A DNA stretch of 63,838 bases, filler included, from Kipferlia bialata (taxonomy: Eukaryota), in assembly GCA_003568945.1 (NCBI GenBank). It is 5 parts of 5 records of this genome, joined end to end, with 100 filler letters (N's around TTAATTAATTAA, not from the genome) between each part and the next. Parts side by side here need not be neighbours in the genome. Positions count along the whole stretch, not along the records: positions 26,837 to 49,011 come from BDIP01000058.1; positions 49,112 to 57,439 come from BDIP01000059.1; 3 more parts are not named here. One strand, 5' to 3'. The notes beneath the pieces are model-generated. The model did no database searches. It worked only from the letters and a program-made list of their open reading frames with translations, and had not been told where the DNA came from. Position numbers and translations under genes: made by a program. Of the stretch, positions 41,401 through 54,200 are shown piece by piece. Numbering within the stretch: position 1 is the stretch's first letter; each line of letters begins with the position of its first letter.

Positions 41401-42548
41401 ACAAACAGGGTCAGAGTGTCCAGTATCCTGATTCGTGAGAAGAAGGTCCGGCACGATATGAAGACAAGTTGTCTTAGACAATGCATATGATACATACGTC
41501 ACATGTTAGAACTATAGAGGGAACATACCCACTATTATCAATACTGTATCGATAGATGACATATGTACCCATCTATATACATATGCTCATTATGCCGGTA
41601 TATGTACCTCCTCACCACGTCCCAGTTGTGTGGCCCCTGTGCCAGTGTCTTGGCAGCACTCAGCAGGAGGGTGCATGCCTCACCCAGGAGGGGGGAGGGG
41701 GTGGGGGGGAGGTACTCTGAAGTGGGGGGAGGTAATTGAGGACATCGTCTATATCAAGGGAATGTGAAGTGTGTTCACTGATGTATGTTGAGTATGCACT
41801 TACATATACCTGCCACTGCCTGTAGAGGCACCAGTGCATCGTATACCGTGGCAGCACATGCAGGGTGGGCAGTGAGGGCAGAGACACACAGGCCAAGACA
41901 GGGCTGAACAAGGGCTAGGGGTGAGGCATTATCGAGACTCTCGAATTGAGAGAGTTGAAAGAGGGAGAGGGGGGGGGGGGGCAATACTCAGGACACACAT
42001 AGTACGTTGCGGTACCTGGGTACTTGGTGCATAACGCCTCTGCCTCTAGCAGGGCCGGTCCACAGTCCTCACCAGAAGATATACAGCGGAAGAGGCGGGT
42101 CTCAATATCACTATTGTCAAAACACTTTGCACTGTATAGGACACACAAATACATCCTGATTCGATTGACTTCTTAAAAGGAATATATATAGTTGTTGTAT
42201 ATGTGCCCTTCCCTACCTGAGTTCAGTGCAACCCGGCACTCCACCCCCCTCCTGAGACTGTGTCTCTTGTATGATGCTTGAGTCTGGTACCGCCTCCCCC
42301 CCACTCCCATCCTCTATGTCTTGTCCACACCCACATCCATCTCCCTCAATCTTGACTGTATCAGCACATACAGAGCAGTCTGCTGATTGACCATCTGCTC
42401 CTGTTACCCCCTTCACCAAACATGCAGAGTCACAGACACTCTGAGTCTCCACTCTCTGATCACCCTCTGCATCAATCAGTACCAGAGGCTCACCCCCAAG
42501 CCCTTCAGCGCTATTGTCCGCTTGCAAGGACCCACTGGTATCCGGCAT
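35500..42548 (-). CDS. Large hypothetical ARM-like protein with an internal acidic repeat (paralogue of 44457-48845)
   Basis: ATG 42548 (MPDTSGSLQ), many GT-AG exons, ORF 39812-40606 and exons such as DSCNLLFDAGILQTLL, ATVLFNMTVIE and VLSELWYMGRRLDSFFK. The 3' end is approximate. Confidence 0.65.
40205..40465 (-). repeat. Coding tandem repeat (15-nt subunits in 45-60-nt units) encoding EEGESEEGEMDDxESEDVDI
   Basis: 40221-40280 and 40281-40340 are near-identical; the ORF translation shows repeated EEGE(S/M) units. Confidence 0.85.
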
Positions 42549-43062
42549 ACCAGTAGAAGTGCTGGAGTGGTCTGCGTAATGTATAGGTACTGCCGTATCC
42601 TTGTCTGATAGATCTAGAAGGCAGGAGACACCTTGAATTTGAGACGGGCCAAAATCGGAAAGTCCGATTTCTCAAAACGGGTCCGTTCGTAGACGCAATG
42701 CCTGGATTACGACTAGATCTCAGCCTCACGGAGTCACAAATACCATTCAATTGGCTGTTACGCATGTATTGATCCTGATTTTAATCCAGCTAAGAGTCAA
42801 CAGCAATCTTGAGTGAATTATTTCCAATTGCTACATTGATGGTGTCTGGGTAGAATAGATGGCCTCTCTGTAGGGCTGTAAGAAAGGATACTACTGTGTT
42901 TGTTATTCCCTTGCACATGCATCTGGACCGTGTAGTACCCCCCCCTCTTTTTACATTGGAGTTCCCAGCCTGGAGGTGGCCATCCGTTCTTCAGATAGTG
43001 CCCTTCTAGCTGAAGTTCAACTCAATTCAGTAATACTGAGGTAAATACCACCCACCTGTTAG
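42549..43062. promoter_or_regulatory. Putative bidirectional promoter region
   Basis: Divergent ATGs at 42548 (-) and 43063 (+); CpG-containing, with the inverted repeat AAATCGGA-AAG-TCCGATTT at about 42652-42670. Confidence 0.4.
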
Positions 43063-44208
43063 ATGCAGGTGCAGTGCTCCATCTGTGGCACCGTGGATGA
43101 TATGGCATGGGTGGTGACACCATGTGGGCACCCATTCCACAGGTACATACCCTACTAGCAAGATAATGCCACACAGTGGGAGTATTGTTATAGCTGACGT
43201 TCACACTACAAAGACTGTGTATACTGGGTGTTGAGTGTATGTAATATATTCTAAGGCTGTGTCTGATGCACAGGCAATTTCTGATGAGTTTTTTGATATA
43301 GTATTGCTACAGGGAGTATACTTATTAGTGTTCTCTCAGTGAGAATATCACACCAGACTGTGTCTGATGCAATGGATGGAGACTGATGTCCCAGACTATA
43401 ACAGGTATACTCCTATGTGTTCATAAGTCATGATATATGTGTATTGCCACATCATCATAGTATGTATCCTCTTCGATGTTCAGGAGAGAGCACTCTTGTC
43501 CAATATGTCAGGAAGACGTCGACTTTGATGCATGTACCGACCTCTATCTACAGGTACATACAGTCATTTGTTGTGTGACGTTGAGCAGCTCAACTTGAGC
43601 TCTCCCCTCTTTCTGACAGCCAGGACAGTCTGTTCGAAAGTGGGAGTGAGTCGCCTCCCAAACCAGTTTGCAGGTACGTCTCTCTCTGAAATATGCTGCT
43701 CGTAATACACATCTAGTTATACCATGTTAGTATGAATGAATAGTAATCTATCTGACCCAGGGACGACACTACCACCACAGGATACATTGTCTCCATCCTC
43801 TCTCAGGAGCTAGGAGAGGAAGCGTTCACCCCTTGGAACATAGTGGAGGTGGAACTTGCCCCCACTCAAACGGTAAGTTGCAGTCAACTTGGACTGCAAT
43901 ACTTGTCACACTCTTAGAGAGTGTCTCTATGGGTTTGCGGATGAGTCAATAGCACCCCATCTTCCCAAATCTCTGAAGAGTGTGCCTAATGCTTCTAGGT
44001 GGGGAGCTACAGGATGCGATTGATGAAATGCTCCACACCAAGGGACTGAAAGTTCGGTACTTGATGTGTTGCAACAAGTTGTTGCAAGATCCAAGCCGAG
44101 TCCTAAGGGAGGTAAGTGACTGTAACATCTACAGTAATTCATGGCTCTGCCCAATAGGTCATATACTCCCGGTTCTTGCAGATCTGGTGCATGGTTGATG
44201 TGACATAG
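43063..44208 (+). CDS. RING-H2 (TRAIP-like RING) E3 ligase with a C-terminal ubiquitin-like segment; apparent 1-nt frameshift
   Basis: Spliced translation MQVQCSICGTVDDMAWVVTPCGHPFH|RLCLMQWMETDVPDYN|RREHSCPICQEDVDFDACTDLYLQ gives a C3H2C3 RING. Later exons read IVEVELAPTQT and GELQDAIDEMLHTKGLKVRYLMCCNKLLQDPSRVLRE (ubiquitin-fold-like). The RING exons are too short to appear in the ORF track. Confidence 0.75.
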
Positions 44209-44456
44209 AGAGGGAATGATGACTGTATATCATATTGAGTAAGTTGAAGAGGACTTGACCAGTAACAGAGGCTTTGTCTGTGATACAAATGATTACGATT
44301 TAGTAAAACTACACACTCACGACGTGAGTGTCAGACATGGAGACAATACAACAAATGTTTGATGGTGATATGTAATGGCTCTTTATGGCCAGTGGCCACA
44401 TGATACAGAGTCTGTGTCAGATACAGACCAGCAGCTGAGTACTCGCTGCTCCCTAC

Positions 44457-47400
44457 TCAGTCATCGAACCCAAGGTCAAACTCGTACAGGTCGTCCTCCG
44501 GCTCAACCACTGACTGTACAGGGATCTCTGCCTAACATTAGATATAAGACATAGTACAACGCCATTTGGTGAGAACAATACATAACATAATAGATAATCA
44601 ACAATACCCTACCTCCTGTAGCCTGTCGATCCTCTCGCCCATGTAGTGGAGCTCAGTCCTCATTGCAGTCTTGTCAGAACGGGTGATGGACACACACTTA
44701 TGCATATCTTCTGTCATCTCTTCCCTGTAGATTGAAGAGAGAGGTGGGATGCTGCCTCTCTTGGATAGCCTCTCTGTCGACCACTTGAACCTATCCTCAG
44801 CACTCATGTAGGGCAGAGACTTGAGCTCAGAGGTGTGTTCACTCAGAATCTCTCTGTTGGCGGCTGGAATCAGAGAATTTCATCTCATTTAGTATTGGAA
44901 ATCTCACTATCAGTCCTAACATATATGACGTACCATTCCCAGTCCAGAGAGTGATGAGGCGCCATATGGGCATGATGACAAGGAGACGCTCCCAGCCCCC
45001 ATGGTATCTGGCATGCTGTACCATGAGTGACACAGTGTCCTTGTCACAGGTGGGGGTGGGGGTGGGTCTGTGCTCTGAGGTGAGAGGAAGCTAGGAAACT
45101 GTACCGAACCCACCGGAATTCTCTACTCAGTTCTATCACATATTGGTAGTCAAGACTTACGAAATAGATATTCTCAATTAGAGAGAGGTAGAGTTGTACC
45201 TTCCACCAGTGTCATATTGAACAGGGTGGACACGCATCTGAAGGACACATCTGGTCTGTGGTATGCATAGGTGTGGTTGAGGATCTGGAGTTAGGCCCTA
45301 ACTTAGGGGATTCTGATTTACTCCAATTGAGATGTAGTCGCCACGTTAATAATGAACACCCCTTATCACTAGTATTATATCAGAGACCCCAACTTCTTTA
45401 AGCCCTCATGGAGAGCTGCAATGTAGACTGGAGGACGACAAATGCCTGATGTGGGAGGCCATACTATATGAAGTACGCACAGCATAGGTAACGTTAATGT
45501 GTGGTAATAGACACGATACTGAATTAGGATGAAGTATAGGTCTTAGGTAGACATTGACTGAGCAAATGCTTACCCTCATTAGTCACTAATCTGCAGCTCT
45601 CGAGCAGTGCAGTGATAATGACTCGGTAGGACTAGTGTAAGTGAGATCTGGATAGATATTAACAGATACAAAGAAATGGAATCAACAGAGAAACATAATG
45701 ATAATGTGTACCCTGATGCTGGATGTTCTGAACTTGGGACTCTCTGTGTACATGCGGGAAAGGGGCTCGAGTATGGGTCTGAGTAGAGCACCGCCACGTT
45801 CACGTGAGACTAGGAGTGAGACCACGAGGAGACATGTACTATTGTGTGTATATAGATTCTATATAATATAGAAACAACAGTACGGTTACCTTTCTTAGCC
45901 AGGACTACAAGCACATTGGCTGCCTCGCCTACTGCCTGGGAGTGAGGAATTCATACAACTGCTAGGTATAGAATAGGAAGTAGTTGATGATTACTGATAT
46001 CTATTGTGCATAGACTATACAATGTATAGACCTATACCTGTCCGGATGCAGAGCAGTTGTAGTTGCTACTAATGCCGGTCCTGATGTGGTTGAGCATGGG
46101 GTAGATGCAGTTAGGGAGGGAATTGGGACCGGTGAGCAGGGCATCTACAGTGGTCACACTGTCTGGTGTGAGAGAGTATAACCATACATGATTGATATGC
46201 CTAAACTGCTTGATAGTGTCACAGAATACCTCTCATCAGCGCTACCCTACAATTACTAGCCTAGTAACTGTTTAGAAATGAGTTTCATATTATACCTAAA
46301 TATACTATTGTGTACACGATATATGTTACCTCTCATTAGTGCGGTCTTTAAGTAGCGCAGGGTGGATGCTGTATAATATTACCACAGAATACACAGCTTG
46401 TTTATCCATACCTCTCATCAGTGTTGCCTTAAGGTAGCGCAGGGTGGATGCCCTGGCCATGAAGTAGTCAGCGGAGTGAGACTCCCCCACCACTCTGTAT
46501 GACGAGTGGGCCAGGGTCTTGGCAAGCAGAGGCTGGAACCCAGGTCTCAGGGAACCGTTCTCTACGGCCCACTCTTAGCATGAGAGAGTGTAAAATAGCA
46601 GTGTACTGTATTATAGGTTGTCAGCAACAACTTGTAACTAGTATACTGGATATCTTCTTGAGCTGTGCGTACCAGAGGAGAGTAGTGTGCGTGCCAGCGT
46701 GATCTGAGAACACTGGTGTGAGAAGTTGCCATTCTATTAGGTAACAGGATAGCTCCAAACCCACTCTATGATCAATATTGATTCAAAAGGATTGAATATA
46801 TGGACTACACAACAGTGTATCAAAGAATAGATATCCAACTCCTCTGAGTTTGAACACCATCCTTCGTAGTTAGTAGCTACTTGACGTACCTCCTTGAGAG
46901 AGTCCAGAACTCCAACGTCAAAGAGCATCTTGCAGTGGGTCTCTGATGGTCAGCTATATCAAGATATATACCTAAAGAATGTATCCATGCATGCATCCTA
47001 ATAGATACACAGCATCGTGTCCGTAGACTGTTGTGTACATGTGTATGTGTCTAGTATGTACTCCATTCTTACCATCAAGCGTCAGTGGGTCCAGCAGTCT
47101 GCAACCACCCATCTGCAGTGTGAAGGAGTGCTTGACATGGGTATCCACCAGAGCCTTCACACTCTCACTGGTAAAGGAGTCTGCGGCTGACATAAGAAGA
47201 GTGGTAACATGTTGTTCATAGACGTATATACCACAGACACAGTAAAGTAACACCTACGTAGTATAGTGCACTTGACTGATTACTCCTGCTACTATCTGTA
47301 AGTGTGAAATACCAAGAAACACAAGTGCTACTCACCCATGACAACTCTCTCTGCCAGGAGAGCTACCGCCCTCTGAACCTTCGGGTATAGCCTATGCACG

Positions 47401-48671
47401 TGCTTTGTGTAGTGAGGGGACTCCACCCAACTGGTTCGTCGGAACCGCATACCCATGTACACTCTACCCTCTAGGGGTTCGGGCTCTAACAGATCTTCCG
47501 CTGGGTTCTCGGCCTAGATATTAGAACAGACCATGTAAGTTACAGCTGCTATCACAGAGAGCACGTGTCCCATTTCAACGATAGAGAGTGAAAGATACAC
47601 ACATACCTTGGCGTCTATGTCATCCATGCTGTGTAACACCTCATCGGCCTTGGTTTGACTCTCCCTACCCTTTGGCAGGGCAGCTAGGATGGCACTCACA
47701 CTCTGTGCAAAACCTGGGTCAGAGGGTAGAGACACAGGGTACAAATACTAAGAGGAGCACTTGCCGTCAGTCATGTCAACTTGATGTGATTGAAGGGTGT
47801 GTGTAATCATACCTGTGTCTATCAGGAACTGTGCACAAGAAGCTGTCTCTGCAGTGTTAGGTCTGGGTATTCTGACACCTCTCTCCACTAGGTGTGATAG
47901 AGTGCCCATGATCCTGAGTGTGAAAGAAGACAATGTAGATATTCGAAGGGTAACTATATTGTATTGTGATAACAAAGGTATATAGAGCTTGCTATATACC
48001 TCATGAGCACATCCCAGCTGTCTGGCTCCATGACTCTATGGATAACAATAGTATCTAATATGGAATAGAGAGGATGGCATTGTAGCATGGATATCATTGC
48101 CAATGATTCATTGATATGTACCTCATTAGCACGTCCCAGCTGTCTGGCTCCATGGCCAATACTCCGGCAGCACTCACCAGGGATATGCATACATCGGCAT
48201 ATAGAGGGGAGGGACCGGGGACGATGTCTTGATGTTAGCGTGGGTATTCCATCAATGGTTGGTACTCGTGCTACACATACCTGCATCTGCACTATATCAC
48301 TATGTTGGATATGTATAATACTGAGTGAGTATAGATGGAGACGATGTACTGCCTGCACAGGGTAGCAGAATACATATGCAATGATATGTACCACATTTGC
48401 ACACCTGCCACTGTTATCATCAGGTCCAGAGAGTCATTGAGTGTGGTCACAGACCCACTATGTCTGTACTCACTGAGACACAGACCAAGACAGCACTCGG
48501 CCAGGACAGGGTCTGAGTGTGAGCTTATATATATACAAGTATGTAAACTACAGATACTATGTGTACTCATAGATCCTATGGCAAAGAAAGTAATCGGCCA
48601 AGAGAGGGTCTGAATGTGAACATATACCGTTACGTGCATAAAGTATGTGTACATATGACCGAGGCTCTCTA

Positions 48672-48710
<39 letters not shown>

Positions 48711-48845
48711 CTATGGTACAACAAGATTCGCCATTTCGGCATGCACTACCTTGTGTCTCCCTGCACAGTCTCTCCAGGTTGACCAGACACAGGTCAGAGC
48801 CATCAGCAGGGGAGAGACCATCTATTAGGCATATGTACTGCTCCC
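44457..48845 (-). CDS. Hypothetical ARM-like protein, 5' truncated, paralogue of 35500-42548
   Basis: Exons read VLAECCLGLCLSEYRHSGSVTTLNDSLDLMITVA, HCKMLFDVGVLDSLKE, VSTLFNMTLVE and AMRTELHYMGERIDRLQE. The last exon is AEIPVQSVVEPEDDLYEFDLGFDD* (stop 44457-44459). Confidence 0.65.
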
Positions 48846-49011
48846 TGGTGGGGTTAGTGTGCCTAGAGGAATACTTATCAGACGAGATACACATCAGGAT
48901 GATAACGGGTACACAGGTCATTCAATTGAGGAAGGAAGTGATGGGGAATGGCGAGAAGGGGGGGGGGGGGGGGGTTGGGGGGGGGGGGGGGGGGGGGGGG
49001 GGGAAAAAAGA

Positions 49012-49111
49012 NNNNNNNNNNNNNNNNNNNNNNNNNNNNNNNNNNNNNNNNNNNNTTAATTAATTAANNNNNNNNNNNNNNNNNNNNNNNNNNNNNNNNN
49101 NNNNNNNNNNN
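49012..49111. other. Artificial contig linker
   Basis: N44-TTAATTAATTAA-N44. Confidence 0.97.
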
Positions 49112-49511
49112 GTGACGGGAGCGGGGGGGGGGGGGGGGGGGACCAAGCCCTATTACGGCAACATGACACCATAACAACTAGAGTGCGGGGTGGGATACGG
49201 TATGTGTGTATATTATGGGGTGTGGGATGACATAGTAACACGCGAAACGAAGGAGATGACTCACGCTGACCTAATTGCAAACAGAAAGAAAGATAAAACA
49301 GCCGCACAGCAGAGACGCTACTAAACACACTTATATATACAGGTTACCTTGTATAGTTATTGCATTCTGAACCAAAGACAACTGTAGTGTCTAGTGACAT
49401 TGTGAACACACACGTCCCAAAATAGAACAAGGAGTCTATAGACCTCCCCAACAACATTCACACTACTTTACCCACACTAAGCTACTATAAACATGTACTA
49501 CACACGTATAC

Positions 49512-49559
49512 CTTGGCGGTGGGTGGGTGGAGACGCATACCCATAGTCGGTGTCGGCAT
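49512..49559 (-). CDS. Possible first exon of a divergent gene running off the contig end
   Basis: ATG...MPTPTMGMRLHPPTAK followed by the donor GTATAC. The poly-G at 49123 has the orientation expected for a minus-strand intron. Confidence 0.3.
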
Positions 49560-50020
49560 GGGACCCTTTTGTCAGCAAGCTTTTTCTTCCGGCACTGGCC
49601 CCTTATGCATTGGCATTCACAAAAAACCTCAGTGGCTCAATCTGGTCTCTCAGTTTCAGTCTCTCTTTCACAAAGACAACAGGTGAGAAGTGTCAATATA
49701 TATGGTTGTTATTGGCTTGATTCCTGTGTATTTACTGTTGTCATGCGATTGGATGTTGTATTGGGTATGTCAGGGTGTGTGGGATCCCCCCTGCATCCAG
49801 TATTGAGTATAGTCTTTGAATTGTCATGTAGTATTTCATATATTGGGATTCTCGGTGTATAAAGTGTGCGAATAACTGTTGTTAGGTCTGAGAGGGGTAG
49901 TTATTTCTTGTGTGGTTCTACAAATGAAGAGACTGAACTGTAGGTATGATAATACGGTTCCATGTCTAGCATTGATATCCTAGTCTTGAAGCTCCTCTAC
50001 TCTCTCCCTTACGCCCAGAG

Positions 50021-51184
50021 ATGCTCTTTGTTGCAGGATCCACTCCAATCATGGACTGCCAGCGCCTGGCTGTGGTACGTAAGACCTCTCTCTACACCTA
50101 TCAATATCTCTCATCTTATGAGAATAATCTATACTTATCACATCTCTTTCTCCAATATGAAGTAGCTCCTGGAAGCGTATTGTCGTTATGAAGAGGAACA
50201 TATCTAGCCCCCCCCCCCCCTCTTCCTCGTTTCCTCTTTGTATATCCCTTCCTTCTCACGCTAGAGGGCCAACAGTCTCACCATGCTCTCCATTGTGTCA
50301 TGGTGCATAATGTATATAATTGTGATGTATAGTAGTATATATATATATCTCTTCTCTAACTCTTCAGAGGGCCAACAGCCTCACCATGCTGTCCATTATG
50401 TATCTACATATGTATTTATATATAATTATTGCATATATATACATAAATACATAGTAGTATATATATCTATCTCTAACTCCTAGCGTGCCAACAGCCTGAC
50501 CATGCTGTCCATTGTCTCCTGGTGCTTCACTTGGATGTACTGGATATCCCCCTTCATCAATGTGTGCACGGGTATCATGGCAGTCATGTACATCAGCGAG
50601 GTATGAGTGTATATATATATATTTACTATATATATGCTAGTAGTATAGTTAGTATATATGTATATTCTTCAGTGTATCCCCCTTGTGGTAGTCATGTACA
50701 TCAGCGAGGTATGGGTGTATTTACATGTTCTAGAGTATATAGGATAATATGTGTGTCTCACCCTGGCCATGAAGGCCCTTGCTGTCAAGTACTCTGCTGT
50801 GTATATACTATAGTGCCTATACTCATATATAATATACATTGTTATGCACTATTCATTTGTATTCATTTGTATTTATTACTGACCCCCAGGCCATGAAGGC
50901 CCTTGCTGTCAAGTACTCTGCTGTGCACCAGGCACTGTTCATGAGGTATATGGCATAGAGCATATTGAGACATATTGATATGGATATTGATGTAGATACA
51001 TAAGAGTGTGCACCAGGCACTGTTCATGAGGTATATGGTGTATATATAGAATAATCATACATGGTTTGCATATGGACATATATATATATATATGCAATAT
51101 CCTAAAGTACTCTGCTGTGCACCAGGCACTCTTCATGAGGTATATGACATTCTGGGATAGATTGATATGTGTATATGGATAAAT

Positions 51185-51228
<44 letters not shown>

Positions 51229-54200
51229 AGTTTCTCTCCTCTCACGTCAACTCCTCTCTCGTCAACCCCTCTCACCCCAGCCTCCAATGGCCCCTACACC
51301 CCTTATGCACCCCATGCCGATGCACCCAGAGAGTGCGTGGTCGGGGCTAAGCAAGGTATATATATATATGCATGTATTAATAGTTATTTGCATTTGTAGT
51401 ATACTTGTATAGGTGTATATGTATGCCGATGCACCCAGAGAGTGTGTCGTAGGGGCAAAGCAAGGTACAAAAGTACTTATGTATAGATTATAGTATTCTT
51501 TGTTCATCTATATCTATATGAATTTTATATCATTATTGTGTCATTAAGCCTCAGGCACCGGCACCCCCCTCTATGAGTTTGAGAGGCCCCAGCATGACAG
51601 GCTAGACTGGTTCGAGGGACTGCACAGAGACATCCTAACAAGGTACATATGTGCATAGATAGTTATATATATATAAATATATAACTACTTACCCCCAGGC
51701 TTGAGTCCTTTGGCTCTCTGGCCCCTGCCTCCCTGGGAGTAGAGCACACGTCCATAGCACTCAGGTACACATACACTCAGTGTATATGTATGCATACATT
51801 CCTATATACAGATGGACATAAAGATGAGTGGTAACTTTGAGAGAGCTTCTCTATATAGTCCAATTACATACCCCCTCACCCCCAGGGCCTTCCACCCCGA
51901 TGTGCTGACCCCATCCATGCTGGTGGCATCGATGAGGTAATGGAATGTATACTTTTTTATATTTATCTTCTTTAGATATATGAAATTGGATATATTGATA
52001 TATATTACATTTGTATGTGTTTCCGTGGTGTTATACACCTCACTCCACAGATGTTTTGTAGAAGTCTTATGCAACCCCTCACCCCCCAGATGCCCCCCCG
52101 ACCCAGAGGCCAGTGTGCTAGGCAGCTCTGTGGAGATTGGTGACCTGTCCAGAGTACCCGAGTTCAAGAGATCGGAGGTGAGAGAGAATTACATTTATAA
52201 TATGTGTAAGTATATATCATATATCCCAGGTATATATGAATATACCATATAACTTTCCAGGGTCCCCGACTTCAAGAGAGATCGATTTACGCCTGGTATT
52301 TATATTCCCTTATTCTCATTCTAATTCCCAGGACGAGATGGACCTCCTAGCCACCCACCCCAGCCATGGCATGGGCACAGGCACAGGCAGGGCAGGGTAC
52401 CCAGTCGGGTTGGCAGGTGCTATCCTCCCCTCTCCTTACTCTCTCTTCTTTTGTATGTTAATTAGTGTTTGTTTCATAATCTTACCTCTCAGGTGTACTC
52501 CCCGACCACACTGAGCTTGTGGCCTCTGTCAATGTCTTTGAGCTGCTGCTCGAGGTGTTCGGTCTACCAGGTACAGTATAGGATTGATGATACAAAGGCA
52601 TATCATCATAGAGTTGTACATTTACGTTACAAGTGGTTTCTAGGTGTATAATTGGTACCCACCCCCTCACCCCCAGCCATTCTCTCCCACTCTCTCTTCC
52701 CCCTACTCCCCGGGCACCTTGATGCCCACCGTTCGTCCAACGGTATCTCTCTACCCCCTGAGGAGGAGGCCAAGAGAAGAAGGGTCATGGAGGATGCCAT
52801 GCACATGCTGGGTGAGTATCTCTCTCTCTCTCTCTCTCTCAGCATGTGTCTTCCTTTCTCGCCCTTTCATCTGTCTTCGTTTATCTCTCCACTACAATTA
52901 TTTCTCCATGTGTCTCTTGCGTTCCTCCTTATTTTTTGATGGATACTGCATTCCCTCTCACCCCAGGTGGCCTCACTCGCCGTTCCCACTCTGCCATTGG
53001 AGAGACATCAGATGACGAGACTGACCCATTCGACAGGTGGGTATATGTATACATGGAGCAGGATGTAATATGCTTTATTTAGATATGTTATAGATATATA
53101 TATATTTATATATATACATCCCTCTTCGCTTACTGTTTGTATGACTTCCTTATCCTCAGGCTTCTGAATGCACTGGATGAGACACCCTCCAGGACAGAGG
53201 CAGTCAGGAGTGAGCAGGTTAGTGTATTATAGTATCTTATACATGTGGTATACAGTGTAAGATGTATCGTTAATAATGTGTAGACACCCTCTAGAACAGA
53301 GACCATCAGGAGTGAGGTGGTACCAGACATTTATACTAATGTATTTTTTAGCGTGTACGATCTACCATCTCATGGAGTCTTCCTGTCTCCCTCTCTAGGC
53401 TCTAGCGACATGTGCATAATCTTACCCCCAGGCCCTGTATGGTCTTCCTTCCGAGCCCGAGAGTGTGCCTGTGCTGGACTGGGACATGCTCACAGAGTAC
53501 TACACAGCATACATTCACAACAAGGTCGGTGTTTCGAACTATATTTATAATACTGAGTGTCCATCGTACATCCTAACCCCAAGGACATGACGTCCCATAT
53601 ATTCAGTGCCATCAACTAATATTGCATATTCTTATCTATATGTCCCATAACTATCATATATATCCACTGTTTGCTTACCCCTAGGACATGACGTCCCGTC
53701 TGTTCAGTGCCGTCAGCATACTCTTTCATTTGTTCCATTATTGACTTATCCTCTAAGCTATATTGATTGCTTATCCCTAGGACATGACGTCGCGTCTGTT
53801 CAGTGCCGTCAAGGCCCCTGGGGAGAAGTACCTCTACCCCACAGACCTCAGACGGATGGTCATGTCGGTCGTCATGCACCACCCAGGTGGGATAGGGCAT
53901 ATACATATGACATATAGACTAATCGTATGTGATAGAGTTTCATGTACTCACCCACCAGGCCTTGCCTTCCTGTGTGTCACCCCTAGTGATTATTATAGAG
54001 GATATGTATTTGTATTATATGGGTACCTGGCATATACTAACTGTAAGGCCTTGCCTTCCTGCGCGTGACCCCCGAGTTCCAGTCCAAGTACACCAACACG
54101 GTGGTCACAAGGCTCATGTACCAGTATGACAGGTATATGTGTGTGTATATGCATACCATAGTTGTCACTCTCTCTTTCCGTCTCTCCTTTACACCAGGGA

